From: Hypanus sabinus
Lineage: Eukaryota
Direction of reading: 5' to 3'
Assembly: GCF_030144855.1 (NCBI RefSeq)
Contig: NC_082719.1
Span: 44,392,001-44,456,000 of the forward strand
DNA length: 64,000 nt
Made by a program: the position numbers and the translations under genes
Shown: piece by piece, positions 22,890 through 35,629 of the stretch
How the letters are laid out: every line of letters begins with the position of its first letter
How positions within the stretch are numbered: the first letter of the stretch is position 1
Notes under the pieces: model-generated
Databases searched by the model: none
The model's input: only the letters and a program-made list of their open reading frames with translations
What the model was told of the DNA's origin: nothing

Positions 22890-24055
22890 GCATGCCACAG
22901 AGTCATATAGTACAGAAACAGGCCCTTCAACTCAAATGGCACATGCCAACTAAAAAACCCTCTCCAAGCTTGCCCCATTTGCAATTGTTTGGCACGTAAC
23001 CTTCTAAACACCTCCAATCCACGTACCTGCTCAACTGTCTTAAAAGTTGTTGTTGTTGTACCTGCCTCAACTACTTCCCCTGGCACTGATTCCACAGATA
23101 CTGCCCATTGTGACAACAGGTTGCCCCTCAAGTTCCTCCTAAATCTTTCCCCTCTCACCTTAAGCCTATGTCCTTTAATTTTTGATTCCCCAACTCAGGG
23201 AAAAAGATTGAATGCATTCAACTTATCTATGACCCTCATGATCTGACACACTTCTATAAGATCAGCTTAATCAGTCCTAGTCTGCCCAACCTCTCCTATA
23301 ATTCAAGTCCTGACAGTCTAAGTGTAAATTGTTTCTAAACTCTTTCTAGTTTAATAACATCCTTTCTCTCAGCAAGGTGACTAAAACTGAACACAATGCT
23401 CCAAGTGAGGCTTTGCCAGTGTCCTGTTTAGCTGCCAGAAGACTTCCTCACCACCCTATCAAGCTGTGACTCTACTTTCAGTGAATAATGTACTCATCCT
23501 CCATAGTCCCTCTGTTCTACAACACTGCAGGGGCACACTGTGAAAGTCCTACCTGGATTTCACTTCCCAAAATGCATCACCTCATGCTTACATAAATTTA
23601 ATTCCATTTGCCATTTCCCAGCTCAGATATTCAGCTGATTAAGATCTCCCTGTATCTTTTAATATCCTTCCTCTTTGTTCACCATACCACCTATTAGTGT
23701 CATCTGCAAATTTACAAACCAGGCCTTGTACATTCATATCCAAACAGCAATGGGCCTGACACTGACCCACACACACCACTTAAACCTTTGATTCAAAAAT
23801 CAACTATCCACTATCACCTAAATGTACCCAGTTAGCCAGTTCTCCCTAGATTCCATGTGAACTAACCTCCCAGAGCAGCCTAGTGTGGAATCTTATCAAC
23901 TACCTTACTGAAGGCCATATAAACTATATGCACTGCTCTGACCTCATTAATTTTCTTGGTCAGCTCATCGAAGTTGAGTTTGCACAAGGCTATGCTGACT
24001 ACTCCTAATGGACCCCCATCTTTCCAAAGATATCCTTCAGAATCCTCTTCAGTAA
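22890..24055 (-). mobile_element. Degraded CR1 LINE
   Basis: RGERFRRNLRGNL..GEVVEAGT plus upstream RT remnants (KFADD-like at about 23700). Confidence 0.75.
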
Positions 24056-25111
24056 TTTAAAGTACAAGTAAATTTATTATCAACATACATATACGTCACC
24101 AAATACAACTCTGAGATTAATTTTCTTGTGGGCATTCTCAATAAATCATAACAGAATCATGGAAGATTGCATCAATCTGGGCATTCATTCAACGTGCAAA
24201 AGACAACTGACTATGCAAATACAAAAATATATAAACAAATAAATTAGAAACAAATATCAAGAACATGTGATGAAGAGTCCTTGAAAGTGAGTCCATAGGT
24301 AGTGGGAACATTTCAATGATGAGGCAAGTGGAGTTAATCACTGACATTTGACTACTACAGATGTTAGATATACTAGCCTATAATCACTACAATTTTCTTT
24401 GCTACCATCTTAAATAAAGGCACAATATTCGTTTCCTTCCAGTCTAGTAGTCCTCATCTATGGCCAATGATGATGCAAAAATTGCAACTTCCTCTTTCAG
24501 GGGCTCATTCTCCCTCTAGTTATTCTTTTCCCTTTAATATAATATCCATTTTATGCATTTTCATTTAAATTACAAAACATCTTTGGGCTTTACTTAATAT
24601 TCTCTGCCAAAGTTATCTCACGCTACCTTTTTACATCTGAATTTCCCTTGCAAATATACCCCTGCATCCCTGGTATTTCTGTCTTTAATATATATAACAT
24701 TTTGGCCCAACTGTGGTATTAACCATTTCCAGTTGGGATTAATAAAAAGTAATCCATAGTTGAAGCAACCCTCAAAGGAGGATTTTGATATATATAAAAT
24801 CTATTAAATTACAATCAGAAAGGGAAAGAATGATATCTACGAAATGAAAGCTTTATAAAATAATTACAAATCATTTATGCACAGCAAGTTTTCTTTGGAA
24901 CATTAAGATCAAACTTTAATTCAAAAAGGAATTTATACAATCAATAGCGCATGAGTTTCTGTGAAGAAGCAGAGCAAAGATAAATCATTTAATAAATTGT
25001 GCAGTTTTCTCTGATTTATATATGTTGATTGAATTGCATACTGTGTTTTATTATTGAAAGGTTCATGAACGTATTCAAGGGAACAATTACCGTTATTATG
25101 AGCAATGTTAC

Positions 25112-25248
25112 CTTATCTTTTTCTGTTCAGTTAGGTCACCTTCACTAACCAGCATGGCTGATAACAGCCGAAGTGTAGAATTTGCAGATTTGGATTGATT
25201 ATTCTTCATTCCTAATAACCACCGTACCAAAAGCTTAATAGCCTGAAC
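25112..25248 (-). CDS. PDS5A: PDS5A exon 12/16 (137 bp)
   Basis: tattag|GTT...AG|gtaaca; [45 protein letters not shown]. Confidence 0.95.
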
Positions 25249-25384
25249 CTAATAAGAAAAGATAATATTACTGCATCATAATCCACAATGTTTGTAAATG
25301 TCTATTACTTTTAAGATAGCTCAAAGACTAGATATTTTGTGGTCCTGTGGTATGTAGTCAAAACAAATCAATATAGAAGCAGGA

Positions 25385-26820
25385 CAAAACACACAAAATG
25401 CTGGAGGAACTCAGCAGAGCAGGCAGCACCTACGAAAAGGAATAAAGAGTCAACGCTTTGAGCTGAGATTCCTCACCAGGACTAGAAAAAATGATGAGAA
25501 GTCAAAGCAAGAAGGGTGGGGGGGGTGGGGGGAAGGAAGAAGCATAAGATGATAGGTGAAACCAGGAGGGGGAGGGATGAAGTAACAAGCTGGGAAGTTG
25601 ACTGGTGAAAAAGGGCTAGAAAAGAATCTGATTGGACAGGTTAGCAGCTCATGGAAGAAAGGGAAGGAGGAGCACCAGAGGGAGGTGTTGAGCAGGTAAC
25701 GAGGTAGGAAAGAGAGTGAAACAGGAATGGGGAATGGTCAGGGGGGCTGGGTGAGCAATTACCAGAAGTTTGAGAAATTGATGTTCATGCCATCAGGTTG
25801 GAGGCTACTCAGGCAGAATACAAGGTGCTGCTCCTCCAACCTGAATGTGGCTTCAATGTACAGAAATAGAGGAGACCATGGACTGACATGTTGGAATGGG
25901 AATGGGAAGAGGAATTGAAATGGGTGGCGACCAGAATTGGAGTATAAAAGTTGCAACTTGCTATTTGCTAGAGAATGAAATCCTAAGAATGTAGAAGACA
26001 ATGCTGTGTTAATAAGAGGAAGCTAAGAGATGTAGATTAGAAAATCTGAGTTTGCTATTTGCTATGCATGCACCCAATTTAGTAGGAGAATGAAATCCTA
26101 AGAATGTAGAAGACAATGTTGTGTTAATGAGAGGTAGCTAAGAGATGTAGATTAGAACATGATTAAGTCAATGCGTAGAAACAATAGTGGCGGATGTACT
26201 TGTGGTACTCAACTATAGACCGATTGGATATGCTAATACAACTAAACCAGAAGATTGCTATAAAACATGCTACGTCCAAGGATCAGTGGGCAATCACCGA
26301 CTAGCTCAATGACTGTCTCAGCTTTGATTTGCAAATTAAAGTTTAACCCTTCTTGAAGAATCTTCTGCATCTCCTGGTCATTTGTGGGGCACGAGAAACC
26401 ACGACACCACTTTTTCTGGCGGACTGGAGAGTAGGTGCTCGGTGAAGTGATCTCCCAATCTACTTCAGGTCTCACTGCAGGAGGCCACATTGGGAGCACC
26501 AGATACAGGAGATGACCCTAACAGACTCACAGGTGAAGTGTCACCTTACCTGGAAGGACTGTTTGAGGCACTGATTGGTAGTGAGGGAGGAGGCTTGCAA
26601 AAATAAGTACCAGGAGGGAGAACAGTGGAGACGAGTGGACAAGGGAATCATGTAGGGAGAAATCTCTGAAGACAGCAGAAAGTGGTGGTGGGGGGGGGGG
26701 GGGGAGGGAAAGATGTGCTTGGTGGTGGGATCCTGTTGCAGGTGGGGGAAAGTTATGGAGAAAATGTGCTGGACGTGGAGGCTAGTGGGGTGGTAGGTGA
26801 AGACAAAAGGAAACCCTATC
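25385..26820 (-). mobile_element. Penelope-like element (Neptune-type), 5'-truncated, interrupted by a probable solo LTR
   Basis: FVFTYHPTSLHVQHI..LQQDPTTKHIFP linker; RLEEQHLVFCLSSLQPDGMNINFSNF end of GIY-YIG; terminal repeat ..ctgctgagttcctccagcattttgtgt. Confidence 0.85.
25938..26406 (+). mobile_element. Probable solo LTR with internal tandem duplication
   Basis: Interrupts Penelope sequence; ATTGG (26223), CTATAAAA (26258), ATTAAA (26335), ends ..GACA; about 75-bp core duplicated at 25971 and 26086. Confidence 0.6.
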
Positions 26821-27167
26821 ACTGGTGTGGGATATCGAAGCAGAATAGTGTGATTACTGGAAATCTATCAGAAATACTAAGCAGTTCTGCCAGCATTTGT
26901 GGATCAAGTTAATATTTTATCAATAACCTGAATTCATCAGATAAATTAAATCTGAAGATACAGAGTAAGTGGGGGAAAGCAAGAAAAAGTAAAAGTTCAT
27001 AAAAGGCAAAAATAAAATTACAAAATTTAATTGACAGCACAAGGCAAAAGTGGTCCAGACAAGCATGCATCATGGCTAGCAAAATCCTTGTTTATTCCTC
27101 AAATTGCAACCATCTTAATATTCAACTTCAAAATAAACAGTATATATTTAATCGTGTGTCACACTAC

Positions 27168-27236
27168 CTTTGCCAGTACTTCTGGAGAGACTTCTTCATT
27201 TGGAGTCCATAATTTACCATTTTTTCCTCCAGGGAA
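27168..27236 (-). CDS. PDS5A: PDS5A exon 11/16 (69 bp)
   Basis: ttccag|TTC...AAG|gtagtg; FPGGKNGKLWTPNEEVSPEVLAK. Confidence 0.94.
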
Positions 27237-27999
27237 CTGGAAAGGGACATATATATTTACTTGCAGGCAGAGTATAAATGAATAACAGTAAACGTTTGAT
27301 AATAACATCCATGTCATGTGATGACAACTTGGGCTATGTAATATCACTAAAAATTATATTATTTTGCAACTTTCCCTTAATTAGTACGGGGCAACTCAAA
27401 CAGTTTTGTTTCTTTCAAAGGCAATAATTCAGAGTGGGATATGGCCCAATAGTGATATCATTATGATCAACAGTTTATTATGTGAGTGGCACATTTCCCA
27501 AATGGACTCAATAACTAGTATTTTCCAAACTGCGCCTTCATCCTTAGTAAAGTTGTTGCACTTCTGCCAGGAAGCTGTGCAAATATCTTTGAACTTAATT
27601 CTGTCTGCACCTGATCATGTCTTACAGTGACAAAGCTTGGAAAACAGCAACAACTTCGGGATTCTGTTGTCTGCTTTTTGGAAACAACCTCAGTGCTGGG
27701 GATGCTAACACTAAATTTAATTTACTTATCCTACAAATGGTTTTAGATGATGTTGCAGGTGCAATATTAGTGATAAACTGTTAATGATTTGCAGTGCACT
27801 TGACATTTATAATTCAGGTATACAGGAGGGCAAGACAGGAAAGTATGTGCTACAGTGAATCAGGAGTTTGTCCTATGTTTGAGGCTGATCTTCAATAACA
27901 CTTGAAACTCAGGCTCCAAGTGTGTGTATATGTAAGTGTTGGCTGCATACATAAATTCAATGACTGAAGTTGGACCTTGTAAATTTGTGAAGTTCCGCA

Positions 28000-28280
28000 C
28001 TGGCAATTTAAGGAGACTCCTGCAGTCTGCCTGAGTGTTGCTTTTCAGTTGGCATTGACATCAACTGGGCTGAAAGCATGGCTGGACTGGATCACCTGCT
28101 GTAGAATGGGGTCAGAGCACTTGTATCAAGGACCGAGTCATGTTTGAGTTCACTGAAGTGTTCCTTCCAGCAGGCACTGGCTGTCTCCATGTGCTTGGTA
28201 AGCTTGCCTTCAATTTCAGCTCTTAAGGCATAATTCTTGGGTGTCTGATCCATAGATGGCTCTGATGTTCCACATGTATT
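28000..28280 (-). mobile_element. Degraded RTE LINE fragment
   Basis: ETASACWKEHFSEL resembles the RW.EHF..LLN motif of RTE ORFs. Confidence 0.55.
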
Positions 28281-28846
28281 ACAGACATAAGTGAGTTACA
28301 GTACTCTCATGCTTTATCTCCCCTTCATGTGTTCTTTAATTCATGCATTTTCAAATAGACCCCAGCTTTCAGGTGTATATGGTTTCTCAGCAATAGAGAC
28401 TTACTGGAGTTTTCAGTCCAAGAACACATTTATCAAACTAATTCTAGTGCTTTCTAGTAGACGCCAAAAGTCTTATCATGGGTATTAATAAGGCAGCTAT
28501 CTCTGCCCATTTTGTGGCTGATTTGTGATAGTAGAGCACCAGCTGTTTATACCCACGATAAGCATTTCTACAATAATGCAGACTGAATTAATGTAGAACA
28601 ATGGCAAAATGTCCGAACTATTCCAAAATTATTTCTGGTAGGTTTGTTAATAAGCTGTTTACATAGTTTTTGAAAAGACAATTTCAACAGATAAAAGGAA
28701 AACTAGAACTTACAAATTTCTCAATACAAGTAGAACAATGAAGAAATCTGTCATCTAACACATCAAAGATAGTTGTAATTTTAGCACAAAAATATTGTAA
28801 TCAAATTTGATCTGGAAGCAAAACATGGTGCATAATCTTTACCTAC

Positions 28847-29005
28847 CCTGTCATTCATTAGTAAATCTTTTACGATAAAATTTGCGACTACTGACTTCAT
28901 TGGAGAGGCAAACTGATCTGGTGCCAACATAGCAATGTGTCCCAATGAGACGAGTGGAGTTACCAGTTGTTCTGGGGTGTCAGCATTTAGGCTTTTGCTT
29001 AGTGG
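28847..29005 (-). CDS. PDS5A: PDS5A exon 10/16 (159 bp)
   Basis: ctccag|CCA...AGG|gtaggt; [53 protein letters not shown]. Confidence 0.95.
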
Positions 29006-29488
29006 CTGGAGAAAAAGCGTACAGAACATTAAATTATGATAACTATGTACCTCAATCGTGCATTTGAAATGTCAATTAAATGCTATGTAATTACAATAGC
29101 TTTATTAGGCTCAGAACTTCACCAAAATTCTTTCAACTTTATACTATGGCATTTTCAAAAAATAAATTCACTTTATGACACTTGGCTTCATACTTCTTAC
29201 CAACACAACAGAGTAATGGCACATTTCATATTTTATGTTCTAGACCCAGAATAAAAACACCAACTTTGATCTTTTTCATATTATTGTTCATATGAATTAA
29301 GACTTAATTTATAAACAGAATGAATATATTATTTACCAAGTCATGTAAAAACTGGGGAACTATCACGACCCTTCAAACTCCCACTGCAAACTTCAAACCA
29401 TTTAAGTTAATGTGAACTGACATTTACTTAAAATACTCTTAACTGTACACTACAATCCAATAAATAAAGGAAAAAATCGTTTGGGTAC

Positions 29489-29612
29489 CTCAAAGATCTG
29501 TGCCAGTTGTACTTCTTTGTTTGTAAAAATAGCATGAATACAGTGAACAGCTTGCTTAGCTTGGCGAGGGGTACCTCTTTTTGCTTTCTGATGCAAAATG
29601 GGAATGAGAGTT
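29489..29612 (-). CDS. PDS5A: PDS5A exon 9/16 (124 bp)
   Basis: ctacag|A...GAG|gtaccc; [41 protein letters not shown]. Confidence 0.95.
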
Positions 29613-30294
29613 CTGTAGGGAAAATGATATATTAATAATCAATAACAATTTAGAAGTTAAATCCAGCTGAATATCTAATACATAGATTTCTTGAAATTTA
29701 TCACAAGTATGCCATTTCACACTTCATGCCTGTTCTGTTATTCAGAAAGATCAGGGCTTGTCTTATAGTGCACAGACTCCATCCACTAACTCAGAATATC
29801 CTTTTCACTTAACATCCATAAATGTATTAATCCCTTGAATATATTCAGTTACTGAGAACTCACAACTCTCTTGAATGGAGAATTCCAAAGTTCCACCACC
29901 CTGAGTGAAAATATTTCTTTACATTGTTTTTAAGTGGCTGATTCCTTGGGACACACTATGCATATAACATGTAAAAAGATATGTTTCAATGAGAATAGCT
30001 CTCATTCTTCCAAATTTTAGAGAAAGCAAGGCCAGTCTGCTTAATCCCATCCATGCTATTAAGCAATATGATGAACCTTCACTGCACTCACTCTATTACA
30101 TATACTGTACATTATTTCTTTGGTACAGAGACAAAATACTCTAGATGTAGTCTCATGAGACCTCCGGTGCAATTTCTCTTTGGCATCTTTATTCTGGGCT
30201 TAAAAACCCTTCTGCCATAAAGATCAACTTAGATTTTGCTTCTGTAATTTCTTTTTGTATCTGTACATTAACCTTCAATGCTTAACGTACAAGA

Positions 30295-31354
30295 ACATTG
30301 ATCAACAGAAGAAGACTTTTTGTGTCAAAATGAAAATAGATCTCTACAAAGTGATCTAAATTAATTACAAATATAAAACAAGAGACCTATGACAACTCTG
30401 AAGGAGCTACAAGCTTCAGTGGCTGAGATGGGAGGGACTGCTAATACAACTGTTGCCTGGGTGCTTCGCCAGTCGTAGCTTTGTGGAAGAGTGGAAAAAG
30501 AGAAAGCCGCTGTTAAAAAAACTGACAGGAAATCTCAGCTAGAGTATGCCGGAAGGCATGTGGGAGAATGAAGTCTGCTGGAAGAAGGTTCTATTTTCTG
30601 ATGAAACCAAAATTAAACATTTTGCCCATCAGACTAAATGCTATGTTTGGTGTAAGCCAAACACCGCCACACATAATCAGAAACACACCATTCCTACCGT
30701 GAAGCATGGTGGTGGCTGCATCATGCTGTGGGGATGCTTCACTGCACTGGAAGGCTTGTGAAGGTAGAAGGCAAAATGAATGCAGAAAAATACAAGGAAA
30801 TCCTGGAGGAAAGCCTGATTGAGTCTGCAAGAGAACTATAACTTGGTAGAAGATTTGTTTTCCAGCAAGACAATGACCCCAAGCATAAAGCCAAAGCTAT
30901 ACAGAATGGCTTAAAAACAAGTTAATGTTCTGGAGTGGCCAAGTCAGAGCCTAGACCTCAATCTAATTGAGAATTTGTGACTGGACTTGAAAAGGGCTGT
31001 TCACTCCTGATCCTTTGCAACCTGACAGAGCTTGAGCAGTTTTGTAAAGAAGAATAGGGAAAAATACAGTGTCCAGATGTGCAAAGCTGATAAGAGGCCT
31101 ATCCACACAAACTCAAGGCTGTAACTGCTGCCAAAGGTGCATCTACCAAATACTGACTTGAAGGGGATGAACACTTATGCCACCAATTACTTTGTGTTTT
31201 ACACTTATAATTAACTCCGATCACTTTGACACAACAGAGTCTTTTTCTGTTGCTCAGTGTCAAAAAAGTAAAATTAAATCCACTGTGATTCAATGTTGTA
31301 AAACAATAAAACATGAAAACTTCCAAGGAGGGTGAATACTTTTTGTAGGCACTG
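30295..31354 (+). mobile_element. Tc1 family B element, internally deleted
   Basis: WKKVLFSDETKI..IPTVKHGGGCIMLWGCF, QQDNDPKH, WPSQS; long TIR ending GGCACTG|TA; partial left TIR. Confidence 0.9.
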
Positions 31355-32104
31355 TAATTATCTTAAAGGCAATAAAGCATGAAAAATTTATTGTCAGGCT
31401 TGTATGTGATATTCACACTTAATAGCTGCCTAAAAACCTGTACTATTATAAATCTATTCTTGTGCAGTGAGAATGCAAGCTGCAACATTTACACTCGAAC
31501 TGCCAAATAGCAATGACAAGATCATAGTTAGATATGAACCTACCTTAAGGACTTTAAAGAGGAATAATCTAAGTTGCAACACAAATGGGAGTAGCATCAT
31601 TAAATTTCCATACACTGAAACCCAGTGCAACTAAGTGACAGAGCTTGAAATAAAAATGACCAAATAGAAAAAAATTCTGTGTACTTAAAATGTAAATCTT
31701 GAATTTAAAATGTATTTTTCAGCAATTATGGATCTTAATCTGATAAAAACAAGTAAATGGTTCAGTACAACCTAAAATCAGAGATTGATACTCTGCAGAG
31801 TATGCCGATTCAATCTAATATGCCCATATCATCTAGTAGAAAGAGCCACATGATTGGTCTTAATATTCTGCACAGTCCACAAAGACAAAAATAAACCTGC
31901 AACTGATGAACCCTCACTGCATTCTCCTACTTGCATATCATTTCTGAGCTAGGAAAACAAAATATTTCAGATGTGGTATCATCAGACCCTTATGTAATTG
32001 CTCTAAGACTGCATTATCCACAGACTGACAACACAGAAGAGAATTTAGTTTATTATGTAATTCTTTACTCATCCAAGACATTTTTATTAAGAACGTGAAC
32101 TTAC

Positions 32105-32265
32105 GAGCGTATCTGTACAAGGTCTGTCTCAATTTTGTGCCCAGTGTTTCTGAAGATTTGAATAGCAGCTTCAGCAACTTTATCATCCTCCATTTTCAGA
32201 CACTGCAAGAGCGATTCATAGGTCTCTGAAGAGTGGAAGGAGGTAGGGTGTGTGAATGATAAAAC
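32105..32265 (-). CDS. PDS5A: PDS5A exon 8/16 (161 bp)
   Basis: ctgcag|GTT...TC|gtaagt; [53 protein letters not shown]. Confidence 0.95.
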
Positions 32266-32614
32266 CTGCAGGACAGTAATTAGGAGAATATAAAGAAATA
32301 GTTTACAATTAACTTTTTATTCTTTGGTACAATATTCACTTTTTAAAATAAAATGCAATTCTAAAGTAACATTGTAGAATAGGAATTAATATTAATTCTA
32401 GTAGCCAATTTGCAATTGTAGAATATCGAAAGTTTCATGAAAAGAATGGAATCTGGTTATAAAATGAAACAAGGTCAGTTTGAAATTTATGTAACAAGAA
32501 AAATGTCATTTCTAAGAAGTTTCTAAATAAAGACAAATAATAGGATTCATAGCATGAAATTTAAACTGGTATCAAATTAAAAGCTTAGTTTCTGTATATT
32601 TGAGTGGTGAATAC

Positions 32615-32720
32615 CTTAAGTAGTTCCAAGCCTGCCCTGATGGCAGAATCGGGTGAAACACCCTCTTCTTCGTCATCTGCTGTCCCTTCAATGGATTTGT
32701 TCATTAACTTCACTAAGGAG
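32615..32720 (-). CDS. PDS5A: PDS5A exon 7/16 (106 bp)
   Basis: tttcag|C...AAG|gtattc; [35 protein letters not shown]. Confidence 0.95.
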
Positions 32721-33089
32721 CTGAAATGCAAATACTTTATGATGTATGATGCTATTGAATAAATACAAATAGACTGGCACCCTGCCACCACTACTTCCAT
32801 AAAAAAGCTAAATTCTTTTTGAACTTTGCAAGTTAGAGAGCTTATTTAACCATAATTTGTCAAGATTTTAATTTAAATATATTTGTTCAAATTCAAATTT
32901 ATTGCCTTTCAATTATACATGTATACTGCCAAACAAAACAACATTCCTACAGACCAAGGAACGAACATATATAACTCACACAAAGCAATATTACTACAAA
33001 TAAATTAACAAATAATGAAATATATTTCAGAAGATTTGCGATTAGCATAAACTGCAATTATGACACAAGTTAAAAAGTAAACAGAATAA

Positions 33090-34437
33090 CAAGCAGTAGG
33101 AAATCAAGGCAACTTAACTTGCTGCGTTGTCTAGAAGACATTTCACCACTCATCCAAGAGGCTTCCCCAGTTCCATCCATGGTGGGTAGTTTTGCAGCTT
33201 ATAAACTCTGAGTTGTTTTAATATATAGAAATCACAAAAGGGTCATTAAGAGTGGTAAGGTAATGAGAGGGTCATTTATTTTTGTATGAATGGCAGTGTG
33301 AACTGTTGTGGAAACACCGGGGTAAAGATATTAGAATTACATTGTAAGTGGCTGACAGGCAGTGTCACATCCCTCTGTTCAGGGGTGGGTTTTCCTGTTT
33401 GACAAAGGCGGCTTCTTTAACTCCTCTTTCAAACCACCTGCCCTCCCTGTCCAAAATGTGCACATTGTTATCATCAAAGGAGTGCCCCTTGTCCGTTAGG
33501 TGTAGACATTCATCTGAGACTTGACCTGTGGTGTTAGCCCTCCTATGTTGGGCCATCTGTTTTGAAAGATTGTTTAGTCTTGCCGTTATACAGATCCCTG
33601 CAGTTTTCATTGCATTGGATAGCATATACATTATTGCTCTGTTTATGTTTGGGTGCAGGATCTTTGGGGTGGGTGAGTTTCTGTCTGAACGGTTTTGTAG
33701 GTTTGAAAAACACAGGGACTTGGTGTTTGTTGAAAATCCTTCTAAGTTTCTCTGAAACTCCAGCAACATATGGGATGTTTTTCCATCTGCTTTGCTCCTT
33801 ACAAAGCAGACATCAGACATCAGTTTGTTAGGCTGATGCCCCTGCTGTTTTTTTTTGTTGCCGTCTTGATGAAGACCCAGTCGACTATCAAGCTTTCATG
33901 GCTTCTCTCAATTGGTTGTGCTCCTTGTCTTTAGCTGTAATGTTGGTGGGCACATTCTTGGCACGTTGATGTAGTGTTCTGGTAACTCCCAACTTATGTT
34001 CTAATGGATGATGAGAGTCAAACTGTAGGTAATTATCTGTGTGGGTTAGTTTCCTGTAAACTTCAATACCTAGATGTCCATTTTCTTTGATAACTACTGC
34101 ACAGTCTAAAAAGGCCATTCTACTGTTCTTGACATCTTCCCATGTGAATTTGATGTTATTGTAGTCTTAACATCTTTGCCCTGCCGTCTCCATAGCAGTT
34201 CACACCTCCATTCATGCAAATATAAGACTAATGACCCTCTCATTACCTCCACTACCCTTAATGACCCTCTTTAAACAACTCAGTTTATAAGCCGGAAAAC
34301 TACCCACCATGGATTAGAACTAAAGAAGCCTCTTGGATGAGTGGTGAAATGTCTATACAAGACAGCAAGTTGAGTTGCCTTGATTTACTACTGCTTGATA
34401 GACAATGACCCGGATGACTGAGAACCTTCACAGACAT
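33090..34437 (-). mobile_element. Penelope-like element (Poseidon-type) with inverted terminal repeats
   Basis: AFLDC..EVYRKLTHTDNYLQFDSHHPLEHKLGV (RT thumb); QHRR..HSFDDNNVHILDRE..WFERGVKEA..LNR (GIY-YIG); 33090-33343 is the reverse complement of 34158-34397. Confidence 0.9.
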
Positions 34438-34524
34438 AGAGTATCATGTTATTGCAATTCATACATACAACTCAGTTACATGATGCTGGATTGGAATATA
34501 CAATGATGAGTTATAAAGCACATC

Positions 34525-35628
34525 ACTGACTGACTGGGAGACCCCAGTCAGTCCGGATTGGGAGCAGCATCTCCAACACCATCACACTCAGCATGGGGGC
34601 CCCCCAGGGCTGTGTGCTCAGTCCACTGTTGTTCACTCTGCTGACCTACCACTGTGCAACAATACACAGCTCGAGTCACATCAAGTTCGCCAATGACCCG
34701 ACTGTGGTGGGTCTCATCAGCAAGAACGAGTCAGCATACAGAGAGGAGGTAGAGCGGCTAACGGACTGATGCAGAGCCAACAACCTGTCTCTGAATGTGA
34801 ACAAACCAAGAGATTGTTGTTGACTACAGGAGAGCACAGAGCGACCACTCTCCACTGAACATTGACTGCTCTTCCGTTGAGATTGTCAAGAGCACCAAAT
34901 TTCTTGGTGTTCACCTGGCAGAGAATCTCACCTGGTCCAACAACACCAGCTCCATAGCCAAGAAAGCCCAGCAGTGTCTCTACTTTCTGCGAAGGCTAAG
35001 AAAAGTCCATCTCCCACCACCCCCATCCTCACCACATTCTAAAGAGGATGTATCGAGAGCATCCTGAGCAGCTGCATCACTGCCTGGTTCGGGAATTGCA
35101 CTGTCTCAGATCGCAAGACCCTGCAGCAGATAGTGAGGTCAGCTGAGAAGATCATCGGGGTTTCTCTTCTCACTATTAGAGACATTTACACCACATGCTG
35201 CACCCGCAAAGCTAACAGCATTGTGAAGGACCCCACGCACCCCTCACATAAACTCTTCTCCCTCCTGCCATCTGGCAAAAGGTACTGAAACATTTGGGCT
35301 CTCACGACCAGATTATGCAACAGTTTCTTCCCCCAAGCCATCAGACTCCTCAATACCCAGATGTAGACTGACATCTACATCATTATTATATTGTATTTTG
35401 TCTTCTACTGTGCCTATTGTCTTGTTTATTAATTATTGTACTGCCCTGCCCTGTTTTGTGCACTTTACGTAGTCCTGTGCAGGTCTGAAGTCTAGTGCAG
35501 TTTTTATGTTGTTTTACTTAGTCTAGTGTTGTTTCATGTAGCTCCAGGGTCCTGGAGGAACGTTGTTTTGTTTTTACTGTGTACTGTACCAGCAGTCTAT
35601 GGTCAAAATGACAATAAACTTGACTTGA
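34525..35628 (+). mobile_element. Rex1/Babar LINE, 5'-truncated
   Basis: [40 protein letters not shown]; tail aataaacttgacttga. Confidence 0.88.
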
Positions 35629-35629
35629 T

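Noticed and set aside
25950-26160. Direct repeats considered as a CRISPR-like array
   Set aside because: Only two long units, no spacers, eukaryotic context.
32606-32614. Donor GTATTC considered as a U12-type intron
   Set aside because: Does not match GTATCCTT; treated as an ordinary U2 donor.
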